DNA of 63,872 nt, counting the filler, from Aduncisulcus paluster (lineage: Eukaryota), in the NCBI GenBank assembly GCA_024181965.1. It is 6 parts of 6 records of this genome, joined end to end, with 100 filler letters (N's around TTAATTAATTAA, not from the genome) between each part and the next. Parts side by side here need not be neighbours in the genome. Positions count along the whole stretch, not along the records: positions 56,829 to 60,857 come from BQXS01011094.1; positions 60,958 to 63,872 come from BQXS01011263.1; 4 more parts are not named here. One strand, 5' to 3'. This document shows positions 58,901 through 63,872 of the stretch, piece by piece (the stretch's first letter is position 1; each line of letters opens with the position of its first letter). A model generated the notes under the pieces. It was given only the letters and a program-made list of their open reading frames with translations, was not told the DNA's origin and ran no database searches. A program made the position numbers and the translations under genes.

Positions 58901-60857
58901 ATGAATGAACTCGTAACTCAGGCGATAGAGCTGAGTCAAAAGGAAAGGGCAGCATTTGAAATGGCTTCAAGCGCTGCAATATCCCAAAATCCCGAAGAAT
59001 TGGGAAAAGACTTCGAAATCCTTCGTACTCGTTGTCTTGGGGTTATAGAGGAGAAAGATATCATAATATCTTCATATAAATCCGCATTGACGACTAAAGA
59101 TGATGAATATGTAACATTAATACGAAAGAATCAAGAAGCTATTAAAGAAGCATATAAAGGAACCAGAGAAACCATTTTGAAAACGATTGCAAAGTTTAAG
59201 GAAGATTTAAAAGATTTAGAAGAAGAATTAGAGAGAAATCGTATTAAAGTTATGAAGGAACAAAGTGATCAGATTACCAGTCTATTGAAGAAAAGGGATG
59301 AGTTAGAAGACAAATTTTTAGAACAACAAAAAACTGGAGTATCTGAGTTCCATGATAAATATCACCAAAAAACAATAGAAGAAGCTGAAGAGTATTCCAT
59401 AGCCAAAATTGAATTAACAACCCAATTAGCCTCTCTTGAGCAGGAATTGGAGAGAATCCGTGGTGTCTATACTCTCAATGCTGAGAAACTTCAATATAAT
59501 TATCGTATTCTTAAGACTCGTGATCATGACAATGCTATTGTGATTGCCCAACAAAAGAAGAAGATTGCCAGGATTCGTGATCTCCTCTCTGAGTTAACAT
59601 CACGTCACAAGAAAGCTGAGCATAATTTCAAGCATACCAACGCACAACTCACATCGGAGTACAGAGCTCTCACCGGACACTTGAGAACTGTCCAAACCAA
59701 GCTACGTTTCTTTGAAAAAGCTGATGCCATCCGTTTCGAAGAAGTGTGGGCCCTTCACGAGGAGAATGTAGCCTCTCTTCTCGAGAAACTTATAGCTGCC
59801 GATCAGAGTATCTCAGAACATGTATTAGGCTATTCTTGGATTCCACCCCACATTCCTGCCTTAAGACCTGAAGGAGTGGGCAAAATGAGGAAAGAACGTA
59901 TTCAGATGTTGGCCAAAGCAGGAAGGAAAGATGGGTCTGATAAAGCTGAGGGATCAGGCTCTGTTAATGTGCTTGGTGCCAACCATATCTTTGCTTCCTC
60001 TTCATACCATCCAAACCTGTGTGCCGCTTTGTGTAGAGCTATCTTACAAGAGGCTGGTTTCCTGTCATTTGATAAGCTCAGTGGTGTTCTCCCTTCTGGT
60101 GATAAAGAGAAAGATGGTGAGAAAAGTTTGCTGGAAGAAGAATTAGAGAAAGAGAAAGAGAAAGAAAAGGACAGTAAGTTGGGTGGAGATAAGAATGCTG
60201 ATAAATTGAGCGATGTTCTTGCTCAACTCGGTGCTGGTCTCCCCAATTCCTCCTCTGAAGTCTTCCAGAAGAAGGTTAGCAGTATGCTCAGTGTGCTTGG
60301 TGTTGTCGATGGGAATGGATTTGACGCATTGGTGGCTCACATCACGACTTCTCCGCCACAAGTTCCCGAAGAAGTGAAAGAGATGGAAAGAAGAGAGGAA
60401 GAGTTGAGAAAGAAGCGTGAAAGGAGAGAAAGACGGCGTCAGAGAGAAGAAGAAGGTTGGTACGATGAAGAGGAAGAGGAAGAGGAAGAAGAAGAGGAAG
60501 AGGAGGAAGAGGAGGAAGAGGAAGAAGCCACAGTCGAATCTGGAGTTTCCTCCATGTCTGTCTGTGTAGATGCTCTTTGTGCAGAGGCTGTACATGCCGT
60601 CTTGATCCCTAAGGTTGATCTCGTGAAGAAATTAGGTGTCTTTGTCCGTGAGCAGGCCAGAATCACTGCCACAGAGGCTAGACAAGCTGCGCGACAGGCT
60701 GAGGTCCAGGCTAGACGCGATGAAGCACAATTCTGGGACGATTTAGGGTCTGTAATCCCCGATGGAAAAGTGAGAGTGTGGAAATCACTTGAATCTGGAC
60801 TACAAAAACATTTATTGACTCTCCAGGCTCGTGCTAAGCTTGTTGAAGAAAATGAGA
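58901..60857 (+). CDS. DRC1: Dynein regulatory complex protein 1 (CCDC164)-like; start uncertain, 3'-truncated
   Basis: 'LEQELERIRGVYTLNAEKLQYNYRILKTRD..N..IAQQKKKI' and 'FW..L..VIP..KVRVW..LE..L'. Frame is open from 58769. Confidence 0.82.
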
Positions 60858-60957
60858 NNNNNNNNNNNNNNNNNNNNNNNNNNNNNNNNNNNNNNNNNNN
60901 NTTAATTAATTAANNNNNNNNNNNNNNNNNNNNNNNNNNNNNNNNNNNNNNNNNNNN

Positions 60958-61248
60958 ATTCCTCAGCTCCCTCAAGATATTTCCTCGACTCTTGGTTCTG
61001 ATGGCGATCCAATAGCAAGTATAATTACAAGAAAGAAGAAGACAAAGAAGACAAAGAAGACTAAGACATCTGAAAGTGAGAGGAGAGAAGAGGATGCTGG
61101 CGATAAACATAAGAAGGGAAAGAAAGTGTCAAAGAAAAAGAAATCCAAGAAGGGGAAAGGTGACAAGGCTCTCGTTGATGGTGACCTCGAATTACCCGCG
61201 ATCAAATCCCGTAAACGAAAGAAAAAGAAGAAAACTTCAAAGCCTTGA
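60958..61248 (+). CDS. Lys-rich C-terminal fragment of an unknown gene
   Basis: Open frame from the contig start to TGA 61248 ('..KKTKKTK..KRKKKKTSKP*'). Confidence 0.55.
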   Translation: MPQLPQDISSTLGSDGDPIASIITRKKKTKKTKKTKTSESERREEDAGDKHKKGKKVSKKKKSKKGKGDKALVDGDLELPAIKSRKRKKKKKTSKP

Positions 61249-61584
61249 AAAAATAATTATTCATGTTTTTAATGGTTTATTCTTTTCAGGTTGTTTAGAA
61301 TATCGGAAATGGATCATTTTTATGATGCCTGATCTAAAAATAGAAAATCTAAAAATAGAAATTGTCGGAGGAATATTCGTTTATTATCTCTAAAAAAAAG
61401 CTTATTTGTTGAATTTTTGTTGCTTTCTGGCGTTATAATATTCTCTAGAAATAAACTATAACATTCTCACAAACTCTGATCCAACGAAAAGTGAATAATC
61501 ATAATATAGGTCTTCTAGATGTCATACAAGCCTTTATGCCCCTTTTTGATAGTAAAAAAGGTATTCAGATGGCATCAGAACTCA

Positions 61585-62868
61585 TCAAAATACTCTCTTG
61601 GGATACTTTTCATAGAGAGTATCATAAGGAGGTTCAACCGTTTCTATTTTATATTTATCTCTCTTTTTCTTGACAATAACTCCAATTCCATGTTCTTTTG
61701 TCATGACATATTCCCCGATTTGAAGTGGGATCTTTGCAATGTCTGAGCAGGAAAGAAGTTTGTATGAATGAGGAAAACATTTGATATGGAATCGGTGATC
61801 ATCCTTGAATCCAAGGTGATGAAGAGTCAAAGTACATTGATTTGATATGGGATCCAGACTTGAGTGGTCAAGAAGAACATAAACAATGCCAGAAAGACAG
61901 GGAGGTGGTGGATCTTGGATGATTTGGATGAAAGAGAGAGAATGAGGTAATGTGCATGAATTAATAACAAAGTCTGGAGATCTTAGATACTGATAACAGA
62001 CTTCACAACTTAGTTTGGGAATAACATGTCCTGAAACACTATCCCCAGAGATTTCTGAAGAAGAAGAGGAAGGAGAGAAGGGACATTTCTCAAAACAATA
62101 TCCTCCCAAACTGGATATGGGTATGATGCATGATTTATCTAAAGATTCTTTCGAAATACAATGAACAATTCCCATTTTGGCATCTATTTTATCTATTCTC
62201 ATTGATATTCCATCACATTCATCAGGAGGAGAATCCATTCTTTTGTGGAGGAGCATTCCAGGATGTATTGGTAGAACCTGGGCAAGAGGAATAATCATAA
62301 CCTTTGGAGAAGAAGCATCAAAAGATCTGACGCAGAGAGAAGAAGATGAAATCTTCGAGAGTAGTTCAACACATATTCCATTGTCTTTTCCAATTGTAAG
62401 ATCAGAAGAAGGAAAAGAAGGAAAATATATTTTTAAATGCTTAATATCCAGAATAGTATCAAAAGAAAAGGATGAAAAGATATCAATTGGAAGCTCTGAA
62501 GATAGGGCGGGAATAATGTCTGGAGAAGCGTCTGAGGTGGCCAATTTATATTGTTTTGTGGAAGAAGGACATATGTGGTCATGAATACTTGACAATAAGA
62601 GTTTAGAGGAGCATACTGAACACTGTACCATAATGTGAGCAAGAGGAGCCAATCTTGTGCATTTAGATACATTATCAAAGAAAAATCCCCTATCAACTGA
62701 ACAAAATGGACATGATGTAAGATGTTCAATGCATTTTTTATGAAAAATATGCGATCTGCAACAATTTGGAGTCACAATGGAATTGGTAGCAAAATAACCA
62801 CACACTGGACATCGAAATTCATCAGCAATTTCTTTTAAGGATGGTTCTACTACACTAAAATGTTTCAT
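61585..62868 (-). CDS. RING-finger protein
   Basis: N-terminal 'CPVC..CC.SHIFHKKC..CPFC', followed by a 'CSVC..H.H.C' finger. Confidence 0.75.
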   Translation of the reverse strand: MKHFSVVEPSLKEIADEFRCPVCGYFATNSIVTPNCCRSHIFHKKCIEHLTSCPFCSVDRGFFFDNVSKCTRLAPLAHIMVQCSVCSSKLLLSSIHDHICPSSTKQYKLATSDASPDIIPALSSELPIDIFSSFSFDTILDIKHLKIYFPSFPSSDLTIGKDNGICVELLSKISSSSLCVRSFDASSPKVMIIPLAQVLPIHPGMLLHKRMDSPPDECDGISMRIDKIDAKMGIVHCISKESLDKSCIIPISSLGGYCFEKCPFSPSSSSSEISGDSVSGHVIPKLSCEVCYQYLRSPDFVINSCTLPHSLSFIQIIQDPPPPCLSGIVYVLLDHSSLDPISNQCTLTLHHLGFKDDHRFHIKCFPHSYKLLSCSDIAKIPLQIGEYVMTKEHGIGVIVKKKRDKYKIETVEPPYDTLYEKYPKRVF

Positions 62869-63257
62869 AAAATGAAATTAAAATATTATTGGAAAATTTC
62901 TGGTATTGAATTGAGCGATAGGTTGCAAATCAGTTTGACACAAAACTAAAACGTAAGTGAAGACAATAATAGAATATTATAGAAATATAAACCCCTAAAA
63001 GTAAAAGAAAGGAAAAATATTATTTGAAAAAATACTATTGGACAAGAAAGAGGCAAAATATTTCTATCGGATTATCTAGCAATATAATTGGGTAATAGTC
63101 ATATTGATTTGAATTTTAACTTTATTTTAAATAAGAATTGTCGATTTTTCTTTTTCATATTAAAGTAGAGTCTATTGTTTTACTTGATTCTTCATTATTT
63201 TTGCCATTACAAATTTGAAAATTAACTTGAAGTTATAAACATATTTTAAAAGATGTT

Positions 63258-63872
63258 ATGATTTATTCTTCAGTGGAAAATATTGATATTTCTTCCTTAG
63301 AAGTATTATATCCAATTGATATCGATAATGTTCTCCCTTTTGATCATCTCAAAATTGTTCAATATAACCATGAACTGTGCAAGTGTGATGGTTTTTATTT
63401 TGATGGTGATTTTTCACGATTTTTAGAAGGCGACTTCACCTTAAATTTTGATTTCATGTCACTTCCCTTCCAGAAAGAACATTCAATTGAATCCTTTCAA
63501 ATTGAAATAGAACGTGATTCGCTCCCTCGGGATATTATTATTATATTTCATGTATCAATGGGCGTTGTAGCATATATTTTACGATTTCCACGGAAAATAT
63601 ATCAATCTTACCAATTCGAAATTCCAAAATTGAGTAGCTCCCAATGTGAACTCATTTTATTGAAGGCATGGAAAGGATTTTCGACTTGTTCTATTTCTAG
63701 GTTGAATATTCTCATCTCCGACTCTGACCTCTCCTCTCTTGAGTGTGAATTGGCCAAAAAAATGGAGTTTAGAAGAGAGAATAGTTTATCTGGATTATTA
63801 ATTCGAAAGTCTTTTTCACATCAACCTCCTGTCCCCTTCACTCTTGTATCTCAAGCTCTCCGTGATACCGCC
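63258..63872 (+). CDS. Hypothetical protein (possibly the same lineage-specific family), runs off window
   Basis: Open frame from ATG 63258 to the window end, absent from the ORF track. Contains 'FLEGD..FDFMSLPF..QCELILLKAW'. Confidence 0.6.
   Translation, partial: MIYSSVENIDISSLEVLYPIDIDNVLPFDHLKIVQYNHELCKCDGFYFDGDFSRFLEGDFTLNFDFMSLPFQKEHSIESFQIEIERDSLPRDIIIIFHVSMGVVAYILRFPRKIYQSYQFEIPKLSSSQCELILLKAWKGFSTCSISRLNILISDSDLSSLECELAKKMEFRRENSLSGLLIRKSFSHQPPVPFTLVSQALRDTA

Noticed and set aside
35909-60857. Flagellar gene cluster (CCDC40 + DRC1)
   Set aside because: The two genes lie on different concatenated contigs.

Overview
AT-rich, gene-dense, intron-poor eukaryotic DNA using the standard genetic code. 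It comes from a flagellated protist (CCDC40 and DRC1 are present). A recurrent lineage-specific domain family reminds me of a free-living fornicate/metamonad such as Aduncisulcus, but that is from memory and unverified. The window is not contiguous. Six pieces are joined by artificial 100-bp N-TTAATTAATTAA-N linkers, and four 20-N gaps have duplicated flanks. Host genes include a triple-saposin protein, a CaCA exchanger, NSUN2/Trm4, CCDC40, an ACSL-like protein, a YgeY-like M20 hydrolase, a DHHC palmitoyltransferase, an Atg22-like MFS transporter, a B-box/TLDc protein, DDX52/ROK1, DRC1, a RING protein and a tRNA-Ile(GAT). About 13.3-35 kb is a transposon graveyard. It holds a 5'-truncated chromodomain Ty3/Gypsy element with an intact pol, plus hAT-, Tc1/IS630- and CACTA/CMC-like transposase relics. 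The most notable content is three Fanzor1 (eukaryotic TnpB)-like nuclease relics interleaved with the CACTA-like fragments. A second chromovirus with a 99-bp LTR ends 25 bp downstream of the tRNA gene.
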